Assembly (NCBI GenBank): GCA_053919585.1
Contig: CM132813.1
From: Euprymna scolopes
Taxonomy: Eukaryota
Length of the DNA stretch: 64,000 nucleotides
Direction: 5' to 3' (one strand)
The translations under genes were made by a program, and so were the position numbers. The stretch's first letter is position 1; every line of letters begins with the position of its first letter. Below are positions 39,175 to 51,858 of this stretch, piece by piece. Below the pieces are notes generated by a model. It did not search any database. It was not told the origin of the DNA and saw nothing but the letters and a program-made list of their open reading frames with translations.

Positions 39175-40510
39175 ACCTATTTACTTCGCCTCCCCACGGG
39201 ACAGAGTTAGACACCTGGGTCGTTTTTTAACGTGGAGAAAAGGTACAAAAATAAAAAATTGTCTCAGTCGTGAAGGACTGATCCTCCACCGAAAGAGAAC
39301 AAGAAATGGAAGTGCAGCATCTGAAGAACAGATACTACACTTTGATCTTGTTTATATATTTTATTGCTTTTAAAAATTTTGAAAATACAATTAAGTAAAA
39401 ATCAAAAGATCTTTAAACAACAAAATTAGGCACAAGGCCCTACAAGAAATTAGGGAAGGGTTCAGGGTCTTTGTGACTAAAGTGATTAAAGGTAATAAAT
39501 GTAGACTTTGGAGTCTTACTCTTGACTGGCAACATTTACCAAAATACCTCATTCACTCTATGGATCTTAATCTAACTAATAAATCCCCAGCGTTTAAGAA
39601 TCAAAAACATATTTACAATTTATAGACAGTTGTCTGTGTGTTTGTGTATGCATTTTTTTTCTTAATTTTGTGTGTGTGGGCATGTGTGAAAAAATAAAAT
39701 TCAATTTCATTAGTAAATAAAAAGTTTTTGAATTAAGTGAAAGATTGTTTGTGGAGTGGGGAAAAACTAAACAAAAGTGTTCATATCAAAAACAAAAAAT
39801 AATTCCTACTGGGTTGTTAGTGAGACCCCCCTGTACTAATCTAGGTGACTAGACCCCCCACTGTTTTCCGGGGAACCGAAAGCAGGGCGATCCCTAATCG
39901 GGATTGGGGAAGATACCTTAATGGAAGTTGGAGAAAACAAAGCAACGGGTGGAGGGGGGTTGGAAGGTGACCTCTGAGTAGGGGAGTGACCGGGGATGTT
40001 GAAAAAGCAAGGATGTGGCACAAAGGGGATGGGCAGACTCAGAGGTTCTCTTGTACCAAAAATAAAATCAGGAACAGGATCTCATTTATACCACCAGTCA
40101 AGAGTCTTAAGTTTTTCTTAGCTAGAACCTAAGCGGGATGGGTTCCGAAGGCCCCAACACCGCCCGTGCCATGCTTAAGGAGGGAACACGTATTGAAACT
40201 TGGCTCCTCGACGGATGCACAAACTAGTGCTGTGCACCCACCTCTTGTCAAATTCCACTCTAGGCAACCTTCTCCAATCACATCTGATCTTTACTTTAAG
40301 CAAATGTTTAAAGTAAATGATCAGATCCCGATCCAGAACAGATGTCCCTTCGCGGACCAACTTGAGGCGCGTGATCCAAATCACCATGCACGCTACTGCC
40401 AGGATCGCCAGGAAAACCATTCTTTCCTCCCTGGGGAACAGCGGCTCCATGTTGTACACAAAATAACCTTCGTCGAGATCGAGCGGACATTCGGTTATGT
40501 TACCACAACT
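39175..40510 (-). mobile_element. 5'-truncated Tx1 copy with U2 stub and extra tail
   Basis: ORF2 C-terminus (LAVACMVIWITR..YFKHLLKVKIRCD..FDKRWV) and a 3' UTR collinear with 5855-7100. Confidence 0.88.
39324..39349 (-). ncRNA. U2 snRNA fragment including branch-point recognition sequence
   Basis: Reverse complement AAGATCAAAGTGTAGTATCTGTTCTT, matching the invertebrate-type U2 sequence as I recall it (26 nt, contains GTAGTA). Confidence 0.88.
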
Positions 40511-41584
40511 AGCACGGAACTAGATACTTACTAGACTAGATGAATTCTTGTTCTGGAATCCATTAAGAAAAGAGACCACAAGAAAGGTATACTATAACAT
40601 ATTTAAATGGTTAATTGGGGAAAGGGAAATATCTTTACTGATTCTGTGTTTAAGATATAAAGGAGAACTTTAATGGAATATTCGAATATCTATGTATCTC
40701 ATATAGAGATGAAGTGTTAGCGACTAGGGAAGATTTTTGAGAACTTTGACTGAATACAAAAAATTCATTTGACGAATTTGAATACTATTTTATTATGTTT
40801 TGCATGGTTTAGAAATATCAAACTCTGATAGATATAAAAATGCCAGTGTTCAGATAAATCAAATTGTTAAAAACTTCAATCCGAAAATCTAATATTGTGC
40901 CAAGGTTTGTCCTGAATTGCTTTAATGTTTGAATGACGGTTTTTGAGATTTTTGAAGAAATATAATCATTTGTGTGTGTTTTTTTGATATTAAAAAAAAA
41001 AAAAAAAAAAATGTATTTTCTTGCTTTTACCGGTGTTACATCTGGAAGTGATCAAGGAAATTATATATAACCTAGATTGATAGAATTTGAATAAAGATAT
41101 AGTCTAAGGAGAACGAGCCAACAATTTCTTTGCAGGCTTTTGTTGTAGTAATAAGTATTATGGAATAAACACTCTGTACTGTAGTGAAGGAAACTCTCCA
41201 CCACTGCCACTTTTTGGCATGACTCCTCCTTCACTACATGATTTCTCTTTACTCTCTGATTCTGATTATGAGTCATAGATAATTGCTATCCTGGATTTGG
41301 AGATGGGGTGGAGGTAGAGAAAAGTTGGGAGTTAATCAAAGTAGTAGCTTTGTAAGTCTACCACTGCCGGCTTTATCTTCTCCCCTTACTCATGCACCTT
41401 GGTATACTCTTGCAATCTTTTTTGGTTGCTGCTGCTTTTTTGTTTTCATTCTGCATGTCATCATGGCAGCATATTCTCTTTTGCTCAGCCCCCTTATCTT
41501 CCACCCTCCTTATCTCCTCTCCTTCCCGCCTTGTCTTTTTTCTTGTCTCTTTTTTCATGTTCTTGTTATGTCATACATTCCAAC

Positions 41585-42080
41585 TAAGAGATCTTTTTAA
41601 AATTCTAACTGTCTCTCTAAATGCAATTGTTTATCTTTCTTGCACTTGGTTTATCGGGTATATCGTTAGCTAGTTTTTGAAACTTTTTCATGAGTCTGGT
41701 TGCACCTATAATTACTGGAATGATGGAGCTTTTAAAATTTGTTTCATTTCATGTACATAAGACCTTGGTATTTTCTTTTCAACTCTGTTTAAGCCAGCAT
41801 TATTTAAGACACTGACTTCTACTAAGGTTGCTACTTTTTCCTTGTCTCATATTGCTGTCAGTTTTAACAGCTCCATTTTCTAGGTAAGTAGCTGTAAGAA
41901 TTGCAGAATCATAGTGGATGGTATGCGAGTTATTTCCAACTGTTCTTTCTGGTGTATATATAAGCTTAGTAAAATCTGCTTGGGAGAATTTGTGTATGGG
42001 TTGACCATAGTTAAAAATTGATTTGTATATAATGTAAGAAATTTTTTACAAACTTGGATACTTTCATTGTGTTAGATGTT
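41585..42080 (-). mobile_element. Decayed restriction-like-endonuclease non-LTR retrotransposon C-terminus (R4/Dong-like)
   Basis: Minus strand translation SIIPVIIGATRLMKK..DIP..ETVRILKRSL. Confidence 0.55.
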
Positions 42081-42102
42081 ATAGGATATTTATCATTAAT
42101 AT

Positions 42103-43300
42103 TACTGGTCAACAACAGATTTTTTTTCAACTGATTTAAGATAGATTTGATGTGCTGAATCCAAGAATCACATCAAGTTTTTGAGCTATGGCCACATGTC
42201 GTTTTTTACGATTTTGTATGCATATGTGGAACATTGTAGAAGTTGGTGGGGGTAAATTACCAGGTTTTGATTGGAAATTATTATTTTAATCATGAGAAGT
42301 ATTCAGGTCTTGTAGTTCTGGGTAATTATGTCGAAAACGGATCAGTTTGAAGTCCTAAAACCTCGAATCTTCCAATAATTGGTGCTTAGCATACATGAAG
42401 GCGGACTGGCCTTGCAAAGAAAGAAACATTGACTTTCAGGTAGACAGAATACTTTTCCTACCGTTGCACAAAAGTTCAGTTTAATCAAACAGTTAATCGA
42501 GGCTCTGGACAAGAATGGTGATTGCTTCACTAACTTATTTGTGCCAGTCTTTTCCAGGATTGACCGTGGAGAAACTGAAATGTGGCGTCTTTGACAGTCC
42601 TCAGATTCAGCAGCTCATCAGAGATCCAGAGTTTAAAAACTCAAACGAAGTGGAATTGGAAGGTTGGAAGTCATTTGTTCTGCTAGTGAAGAACTTTCTT
42701 GGCAACAATGAAGCCAGAAATTATGCAGAACTTGTCAACAACATGCTGACTGCTTTCAGAAACCTGAGCTGCAACATGAGCGTCAAGATGCATTATCTAT
42801 TTTCAGATATATACCAGTTTCCTGATAACCTGGATTCAAGGAGTGACAAGCAGGGAAAGAAGTTCCATTAGGACCTGAAAGAGATGAGACTAGCCTTGGA
42901 CGCAGTCATGATGGCTGACTACTGCTGGAATCTGAGGAGGGACCTCCCGGCTGATGAGCATTCCAAGAGTTTGAAGAAATAGAAGTTCAAGCAATGGTGA
43001 AGCAACATGCAATTTACATTTATCAATGCTCCCATTCAATTAACAGTAATCAATGTTTCTATCATGTAATCAATATGTTGTTGACAAACATTTTTTCTCT
43101 TAAAAACATATTTAGGATGATGTGTTGACAAAAATCAACTGATAATACCATAAAAATGAAATCGATATTGTTACAAGATCTGATTTTTTTCAAATCAGTA
43201 CAAAAACTTGACTTGATAGAGAGAAATGGATCCCATTTCCTGAGTCAACAGTGCAAAAATACCCTAAATCAGTTATAGAAATATAAACAACATTCAATAA
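42103..43300 (+). mobile_element. Chapaev3-like (CMC) DNA transposon deletion derivative
   Basis: GVFDSPQIQQLIRD..WKSFVLLVKNFLGN..NMSVKMHYL..FP.NL..SD.QG..FH and VMMADYCW. Inverted subterminal motifs AACTGATTTAAG / CCTAAATCAGTT. Confidence 0.75.
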
Positions 43301-43630
43301 GTAAACAATTATTGCTCAAGTGAGATAGTTCTTTATTTGAAAGTATATTTATTTGGTTTAGTTTGTTAGGAATTGTAACGGTATCTTTAATATATCCAGG
43401 GATGTCGCCATTCAATATTTTTCGACTATAAACTTGTTCTTTCATATCGTATTTCAAACTGGCGGTACTAATGTTTTTCTGACCTTCTGTAACATTTTAA
43501 AGTATGAAAGTGTGAAAGATGAAACTAAAATTTGAATAAGCTGATATTTTTGTCTTTTTCCATGCTTTTCCACTCAATCCATATATATTACTTATTCCAT
43601 ATCTATCTCTGCTTATATTCCTCTCTCTCG

Positions 43631-43671
<41 letters not shown>

Positions 43672-43940
43672 ACAAACATATGCTTTGGTTTTAATTCAAA
43701 ATTCATTTCTTGGCTAAAAATAATGAATTTCTTCACATTTGACTATTTGCCAAATAAAAAAATAGCTTTACAGAAATTATAAATGCATGTAAAATTTTAG
43801 TTAATTTTAATATTTCAAGCTGTCCTCCACTCTCTTAAAAGAAATAATGATTACTTTTTATTATTTGACAAAGAGCAGAGAACCATTCGGAACATAAAAT
43901 TTGAGTTGTTTTTAGCTAAGTAACAAAGCAACACTTGATG

Positions 43941-44910
43941 AGGCTTCATAATTTGTGTATTCATTTTTTTGCGTCATCCTCATCTTCATAGTTGTTTCAC
44001 CACGTCTCAGCCAACTCATCCTCCAACTTTCTTCAGGTGGTTAACTGCAACAGGATAGGAATGCGGAGTCTTGCAATTACAAGAAATTCAAGTTGAATCA
44101 GTTCCTTCCTTGCAATTACAAGACTCCGCATTCCTATCCTGTTGCAGTTAACCACCTGAAGAAAGTCGGAGGATGAGTTGGCTGAGACGTGGTGAAACAG
44201 CAGTATCTTCAGCAATTACTGCCTTCCATAGTTGTTGTTGTTTCACCACGTTTTGGCCAACTAATTTTCTGACCTGCTTTGGGTAGGATGGAAAACGCTA
44301 TCTTTAGATGATGCTCATCTGGCATCGTAGAGATTTAACGCCTCTATCCACTGCACCATGGGTCCCAAAGGGCGATCAAGGTTGGGTTTTATGGTCTTAT
44401 AAATCCAATTTTGTACTCTTATCTGATCTTCCATTGTTGGGTCTGTACCGAATGGTATTTTATATTTTTTATTTTTAAATCTAAGGCTTCATAATTTGTG
44501 TATTCACTTTTTTTGCAGACTGATATCCTCATCTTTTATAGTTGTTGTTACATGTTTCAGCCACTCATTCTCTGACCTTCTTCAGGTGGTTAACCATGAC
44601 GGAATAGAAATGCTGAGTCTCGTAATTGTATCCCCAGTAAGTACTGCCTTCAGTAGTTAATTTTCTCACCACATTTTGGTCAGCTAATTCTCTGGCCTGT
44701 TTTGAGTAGGATTGAAACAAAACATGGTAAGATAACAGCAACTATGGAAGGCAGTAATTACTGAGGATACAATTACAAGACTCAGTATTCCTATCCCATT
44801 GTGGTTAGCCACCTGAAGAAGGCCAGAGGATGAGTTGGCAAAATGTGAAACAGCAATTAAACAGTCTGCAAAAAAAAAAAAAAAATGAATACAGAAATGA
44901 GGAGGCTTCA
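43941..44910. mobile_element. Cluster of Penelope-like terminal repeats forming two foldbacks
   Basis: Near-perfect arms ~43991-44083 / 44109-44203, and a second direct copy from 44484 with an inverted arm to ~44910. CAC-CTGAAGA...GA(G/A)ACGT motif. Confidence 0.7.
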
Positions 44911-45043
44911 TTTCAAAGGATTTCAAAACTAAAAATAAAATATATAGCGTTTGTTCTTATATTGAAAGAAACTCCTAACTGAATAAGTTTTCTGAATGTC
45001 CTTTCACCAATTTCCTTTCGGATATGCATATCTATATTTTTAG

Positions 45044-45105
45044 ATGGCCAATGGAATATCCTTCGTGTTGGGCCCAATATTTTGCCAGTCTAGATGAACA
45101 AGAAG
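45044..45105 (+). CDS. Candidate 62-nt coding exon of unidentified host gene
   Basis: Acceptor tatatttttAG and donor AAG|GTAACT. Only one open frame: (x)WPMEYPSCWAQYFASLDEQE(G..). GC-richer than its flanks and not repeat-like. Confidence 0.6.
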
Positions 45106-45167
45106 GTAACTTTCCTTAACACCACTATATAGAATTACATAGACATTGTTTATATACAACCATTGTC

Positions 45168-46245
45168 CAGTGGAGGCTCGTCTTTAGGTATTGTGGGATC
45201 CATATAAGCATAATTTATTTATGCTTGTATACAATGTTTTATTGACCTCGAAAAGGATTGTTTGAAACTGTGCCGATTCAGTGTCAAAAACCATGTCAGT
45301 TAACATGCATATAATTCACTCCTTGATTCTAAATATTATGGGTTTGGTTATTTTATCATTGATATAACAGGGAAGGAACTGATTCAACTTGATCGTTTTT
45401 TAAAAAAAGTTTTTGACATTTTTAACATTCATTGAATATTTTTCAAACTTATTTTTACTTAAAACATGAATAAAATATTTTACTATAAATGAATTACAGT
45501 AAAATAAAATTGAAATCATTTTTTAATTTGTTCATTAATTAAAAAGAAAAACATTAGCTATTAATATTAAACTTTTGCAAAAATCTTTATATATGAATGG
45601 ACATTTTGTAAGTCACAATTTTTAAAAAATACATTGCAGAATTTGTTCTCATTTTGAATTCTCAGATCTTCGCTACTTAGAGAAATATTGCATTACGTTA
45701 AAGTTTTTGCATAGATTATGTGATGCATATTAGAAATAAATGAATGGGTAAACATAATCAATAACGTTGAAAACAATTTAATATATTAGAATTTAAGTCC
45801 ATAGGAAGAAAGTTGTTTCCTCAAGAAAAATGTTAAAGGTGAAAATTTTCAGAATATTTGAAAGATACCCCCCTCCCATTAGGGATTTGAACAAATTAAT
45901 TTAAAAAAATGTTTAGAAATGTATAAATTTTTAAAACAACAAGGAAGTTTGACGAGGAGGGGGCTGAATCTGTACACCCCTGTAGTTTAAGATGAGAAAA
46001 CTATCACATCTCTGCTTCAAAATGCAAGGTATTTCATTTTTCTTAATAGCTGCAATGTATAATAAAAAGAAAGTTTAAAATTTTTCCACAATTTAAAAAA
46101 AAATTGGAAGAGGATATGTGGATTAAGGAAGCCCATAGTCAATTTTTTTGACTATTAAAAAATTATTTGCCAAATTAGACCCTCACACACTTGTTTTAAA
46201 ATTTTAACAGCCAATCCCAAAACCTCGAGTCATGAGCCACCACTA
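45168..46245. mobile_element. hAT-like MITE
   Basis: TIRs CAGTGGAGGCTCGT / ATGAGCCACCACTA. Degenerate 8-bp TSD CCATTGTC / CAATTCTC. Confidence 0.55.
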
Positions 46246-47890
46246 CAATTCTCAGCCTTTATAATTCTTAAAATTGACATTTTGTTGGTTTTCATACAAT
46301 CACCTCACCATGTCCATATTTTTAAAATAGTCCCATTTCTAATGTGTGTATGCCCAAGACTTACTGTGCATTTTGATAGCAAATAAGTTTTTTAACTTAT
46401 TGCATGAGAACATTATCTCTCCTCCATAATTGTGTCTGTAAGAAGAGCTGTAAAAGCATGATCACTATGTAGACAAGTTAGGGTGGTTTCTATTCAAAAA
46501 CAGGCACTTCTAGCATAATGTTACATTGTAAGTAGAATAAAAAATGTGTTAAAATGAAGAATTCATATGCTAATAGTTTATGACTATTGGAGTATCTATG
46601 CAAAAAACTGAGCCACTTTAAAAATAAGGTCCTTTTTATATGGTTGGGTGATTGTAAGAAAAAAAAATTGTATAACTGACTTGCATAAAATGTATAAATA
46701 TAAGATTTCTTTTTGTCCTTTGTATTTAATTTTCTATACTCTTGAAAAGCATCCCTACAAGTAAAGGTTTAAATAACGTCTTATATTTCCTTCGTCACTC
46801 CTGAATATATGCCCAGTCTAATAATACTAAACCAGCAGTGATAATAGAAGTGTTAACAGTTTGTAATATGAAGTAAAATGGAATGAATGTAAAAAAAAAA
46901 AAAAAAAAAAAGTAGTTGAATGTACATATTTCACTATTGGATTAATATTACATTGTGTTAATGTTCTGAAGAAATGTATGAAGGCCTTCTGTAACTAAAA
47001 CAGCAAAACTTCTCATAAATGCAAAAATTATTAGCAGAGTTCAACTAATTGATCCATTCTATTATTTGGATTTAAGCTATTGTTATTGTCTTAGGTTAAT
47101 CTCACAACATTTTGGCCGATTTAACTTTTTTTTCAGGTGTTTTGGAAGTTTTTCTGTCAAACTCTGGAATATGTACAAAATTTTGACTAGTACCTTTCAT
47201 TTAACTCATGAGAATAGCTTGCTCTCATTCGTTTAGCCATAACTGGGTAAAAGTCTTAACTAACTTGTGTTTCTTAATATTGCACACCCTGATGATTGAA
47301 TTTTCACTTTCTTTTCACATTTCCGAGACATAGGAGGAGGCGACTATGAATTAGGAGTCATACTAAGAAACATCTTAAGTGATGAGTTTTCTTGTAGCAG
47401 CTTTGGCAATATTTTCTGTGTATTTGTTCCAAGTTATATTACCTGTGAATGCTAGGCCAAGAAGTTTGAATGATAGACTGTCATGTAGGATACTATTACA
47501 CATGACAATCAGTGGCTGAAAAGGTTTATTATAATTGATTCCCTGACAAAGGAGGGATTGGACCTAATAATTCATTCCCGTTCATCCGTTCGCACTTTTC
47601 TCAATAACCACGCTTTGGATTTTTTTGAAATTTTGCACAAACATTAGTCATGATCAAAGTAAATTTTTCACTCGTTGGGGGGAAACCTACATGCTTGGTT
47701 GGTTATAGGAAAGAGCTTTCTCCTAGCAGCATTAAGTGTTTCACTACAGGCTGAAAATAATTTTCTAAGGATTCAGCCATTGTCTTCGATATGCATGTGA
47801 TGATTGTTGTTTCCTGCTTGTGAAAAATAGAGCATGATATCGTCAGTGAAAACAACCATCTCAGATACAATTCTATCAGGGAAGTTGTTT

Positions 47891-48558
47891 ATTATATGGA
47901 AAAATGCGTGCATGAAAAGTAATATTCTTAAGATTTTATTAAACCTGGAAAAGTAAAGGACAAGAAATTCAACCTGGAAAAGTAAAGAACAAGATATTCT
48001 AGTAAAGTAAAAAATAAGAATTTTTTAGACTTAAAATATTGCAGCTAAAAATAAAATTTGAATATTGATAAATATTTTATTTATTATTTGCATATGTTGT
48101 TGTTTATTGTTGAGTTAGAAAGGGTGTCAGTCGCTGGATTGAACTTATTTCCCCCCTATTATTTGCATATATTTATGTAGTGAAAATTGTTTGAATAAAA
48201 TTAATTCATTAGTTAGTTAGTTAGTAGATGGAATTAATAATTTTATAATTTACATAAAAATTTAATAAATTTTATTATATCATAATTAGGATCATTTAAT
48301 TCTAACTCAACAATAAACAACAACATATGCAAATAATAAATAAAATATTTATCAATATTCAAATTTTATTTTTAGCTGCAATATTTTAAGTCTAAAAAAT
48401 TCTTATTTTTTACTTTACTAGAATATCTTGTCCTTTACTTTTCCAGGTTGAATTTCTTGTCCTTTACTTTTCCAGGTTGAATTTCTTGTCCTTTACTTTT
48501 CCAGGTTTAATAAAATCTTAAGAATATTACTTTTCATGCGCGCATTTTTCCATATAAT
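47891..48558. repeat. Long near-perfect inverted repeat
   Basis: Arms 47891-48120 and 48300-48558 with a ~180-bp spacer. An internal 30-bp unit is present 2x in one arm and 3x in the other. Confidence 0.95.
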
Positions 48559-48684
48559 CCATGATTTTTCCAGGCATTGCTATTGTATTAATATATAAAT
48601 TTATAATATTTATTAATGATTGTCAAAAAAAATTAGCTCTCAAACACACATTTATGCAATATTTATCATTCAATCACAGTAGTT

Positions 48685-49110
48685 CCGAGCCAGGGTCTCT
48701 ACCGAGACTGCGGTTCATGAATTCGTGATCTGTATAGAGCGTAAACTAACAAAAAAGAAGATGACACTCGGTGTCTTTTTAGATATCGTTGGAGCTTTTG
48801 ACAACATACCCTTCAGTAGTATGTTCAAGTCGCTACGAGAACTCAATGTGCCACCAGTACTCATCCGATGGATTGAGTATATGGTGAGGCACAGAACAGT
48901 TCAAGTAGAACTACTGAGGGCAACTGTTAAAAGGGAAGTAGTTAAATGAAACCCCCAAAGTGGGATTTTATTACCTTTACTATGGAACTGTATGCTGAAT
49001 CCTCTTTTAAAGGAGTTTAAAAATAGGAATATTTATGCCCAGGCTGATGCTGATGACATCGCAGTGCTGGTCGCGGGTTCAAAAGCATCATTGGTCAGAC
49101 GCATTGCCAA
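48685..49110 (+). mobile_element. R1/LOA-like LINE RT fragment
   Basis: STETAVH..LGVFLDIVGAFDN..PQSGILLPLLWN..AQADADDIAVL in one frame with a single stop. Confidence 0.82.
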
Positions 49111-49740
49111 AATGGGACTACATTTTTCATCAAATGTGATAACGAAAAATTTGAGTTCATTCAAAGAATATGTATATCATAGAATTCACTAATATTTTTA
49201 ATCGATAAATTCACCATTTTTTGCTATAAAATCATAAGGAGAGTTAAAAAAAATTAGTTATTAAAAAAAAGTTCGGTTTTTTAATTATAAAAAAAAACGA
49301 TACACGGGATTGAACCTAAAATCTTTCCACCAACCCCCGGTACTCTAACCGTTACGGTAATATGTCATATTGGCAGAATTGCAATAAAAATTATTTATGT
49401 ACAAAACAGGTTATGCAAAATAAAAAAAGCGTTAGTCACTTATGTACTTACTCTCCTGTTTGTGAACCCACATATTTTGTTGTAACTTTTTTTCTACTGA
49501 ACCAATTTTCCAAATTTTTTTTTCAAAATGTAGCTAATGAGGTGTTCTATCGAACTATATAACCTGTTTGAAATTTGGTTGCGAATGGAATTAGTGGTGG
49601 GGGTTTGAATGTGTCTCGATTCATTCAATTTCGGACTTAAGCATATATTCAACCACTATCGTGGTTGAATGATAAAGATCAGGAATAACAGTCCAGATAT
49701 TTGCTTCTGGGGCACATCTGCATTAATATTATGTTTAGAT

Positions 49741-51843
49741 TAGTGTTGGGACGATTCTTAAATTTTTTCCGATTCCCGTGGAATTGTTTTGAAATATGCC
49801 ATTACATAATCGAAAGTTTTTGTGTAGCGAAATAATTTGCTACAGTGGAAATAAAATTAAGGGAATTTCGAAAACGATTTGATTTTTTTCGTAAAATTTC
49901 TTTCATTGAAGATAAAAGTCAAAACAAATATTTTAACCATGAATTAAACATGCACCATGAAATTAATAACAATCAATTTCAGGAGTTATTTTATATATTA
50001 AAAAATATAAAGAAAAAGTCATGATTAATTAAACAAAAATACAATAACATCAAATTTCAAGGGGAATAACATGTTTTGTTTATCTTTTGATATTCATTTT
50101 TTTGTTTTATTTTCTCTTTATCTTTGATAACTCTTTAAAATTTAACATTTTTTTTATAACTTCAATCACTAACTGATTTTTATTCCACTTTCTAGAATAT
50201 TCTTATTTCTAAATGAAATTTATAAATAACTAAATCTTTGATTAAATTTTTAGCCTTTTATATTCAATCGTCTGAAATTATTCCTATTTATTTATTTGAC
50301 ATTTAAAAAAATATTTTTAACAATAATAATGTTATTTTTTTAATCTAAATAAATTGGTTTATTTCTATATTTATTTTTATTATATGATTATATTTATTTT
50401 TATTATATAATTATATACTTACTGTCCTTTAATGTTTATTCTTATTTAATGTCTTAATTTACCTCTTTTATTCTATAAAAAAAGTTAATTTTTGATAATT
50501 GTTTATTTCTATTGTTAAATAAGTCTTTTATTGAACTTTCGAAATCGTCTCCGCCTTAATTCTGTTTCTGACAACCTTTTTATTTTTTGTTAAGGGTTGG
50601 GAAATATTTACTTATGCTCACATTACGACTGTGATACCAGGCATCGGTGAATGTCGACCAGGTCCCTACAGTCCTTTAGTTGAACGGCTCTGAGTGACTA
50701 GTTAGTTTGCAAAGTTAGGGTTCGAAAGATTTTTTTTTTTTTAAATTAAACTTTTTTTTCCTTTTTTAATAAATTTTTCACTTTTTTTTTTTTTTTTTTT
50801 GTGCAAAGAAGTTCTAAAAGAAATGTTTAATTGCTTCATTCGCAGAATATTTTAATGAAATGTAAATTTCTGAAAGAAAAAAAAATTAAATTCGCTTACC
50901 GCATTTATTTAACAGGTCGCAGAATGATTGTTTTGTAGTTTTCGAAAGACCTTAAGCAGAACCGTCAGTCAGCATAATATGTAGTTCTAATGTTTTTGTT
51001 TTTGGATATTTTAAAAAAGCCGACTGACTGTCAAAGTTTGCGAATTGATACTACGTGATCAGTTTCACTTATTTTTAGAAATATTTCCTGAAACAGCCTT
51101 CGTTCAGAAAATAGAAAGTACATATATTGTTTTATTAAATATTTTATTGTTTAAATAATTTGACTTTGCTTATTTTATTTTTTTTTTAATATAAAGGTGG
51201 ACAAGACATTTTTCATTTTCTAATGAGATTTTGCATTCATTTACTAATGGAAGAGTGTCGGTAAAAAAAAAACTTGCCGAAAGATAAGCGACCCCCCCCC
51301 CCTTTTTTTAAGTCATTAGTTGGAAAACCCACTGATTTTTAACATGATTTACTCGCGATGTAAAAATTTTTTCCATGTATGCCTTTTATTAGGTTTCTCT
51401 AATCAACTTTTTCATGGACTTGACGTAGTTAGGCTGTTTTATACATAAATAAACTTCGCTCACAAATGAAAACAATGTTACCTCGCGGCCCCTAAAGTTT
51501 CGCAACAGTGCAAACAGATAACTAATCATGGGCCTCAAGGTTTCGAAACAGACAGACAGCGCCTATGTATGTGTCGGAATAAGAAAACTCATCGACTTAC
51601 CTTTAAAGTAGTCAATAAAATTCTTGTACATCATATTAAATATGTTATGAAAAGTTCTATGACGTTTTTATCATAAATTTTTGACAGCATTAATCTCACT
51701 TCAAACAAACAGTTCAACTTAAGAGAATTGTAATGAAAGAATCTTAAATCTAAGTTATTTTTAACAATGCGATTCCGATTTCGATTCCTCCCAAAATACA
51801 CGATTTTTACGATTAACGATTCCGATTAATCGTCCCACCACTA
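49741..51843. mobile_element. Non-autonomous hAT element (2.1 kb)
   Basis: 16-bp TIR TAGTG(T/G)TGGGACGATT, perfect 8-bp TSD GTTTAGAT (49733-40, 51844-51) and subterminal CGATT repeats. Confidence 0.92.
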
Positions 51844-51858
51844 GTTTAGATGTATGAT

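Noticed and set aside
39175-39323. Tail beyond the U2 stub as the 3' half of a real U2 gene (ATTTTTG Sm-like site, CTCCACG..CGACC)
   Set aside because: No stem IIa (ATCAG..CTGAT) and no loop IV TTGCA motif, and the two copies differ by large indels. Kept only as an alternative hypothesis.
41283-41673. Overlapping hydrophobic ORFs as membrane proteins
   Set aside because: Low-complexity C/T-rich sequence yields F/L/S-rich ORFs in several frames.
41871-41883. 13-nt micro-exon (AG|CTCCATTTTCTAG|GTAAGT) phase-compatible with the 45044 exon
   Set aside because: It lies within an antisense R4-like LINE remnant. Splice-like motifs arise by chance in T-rich DNA, and it is unsupported without RNA data.
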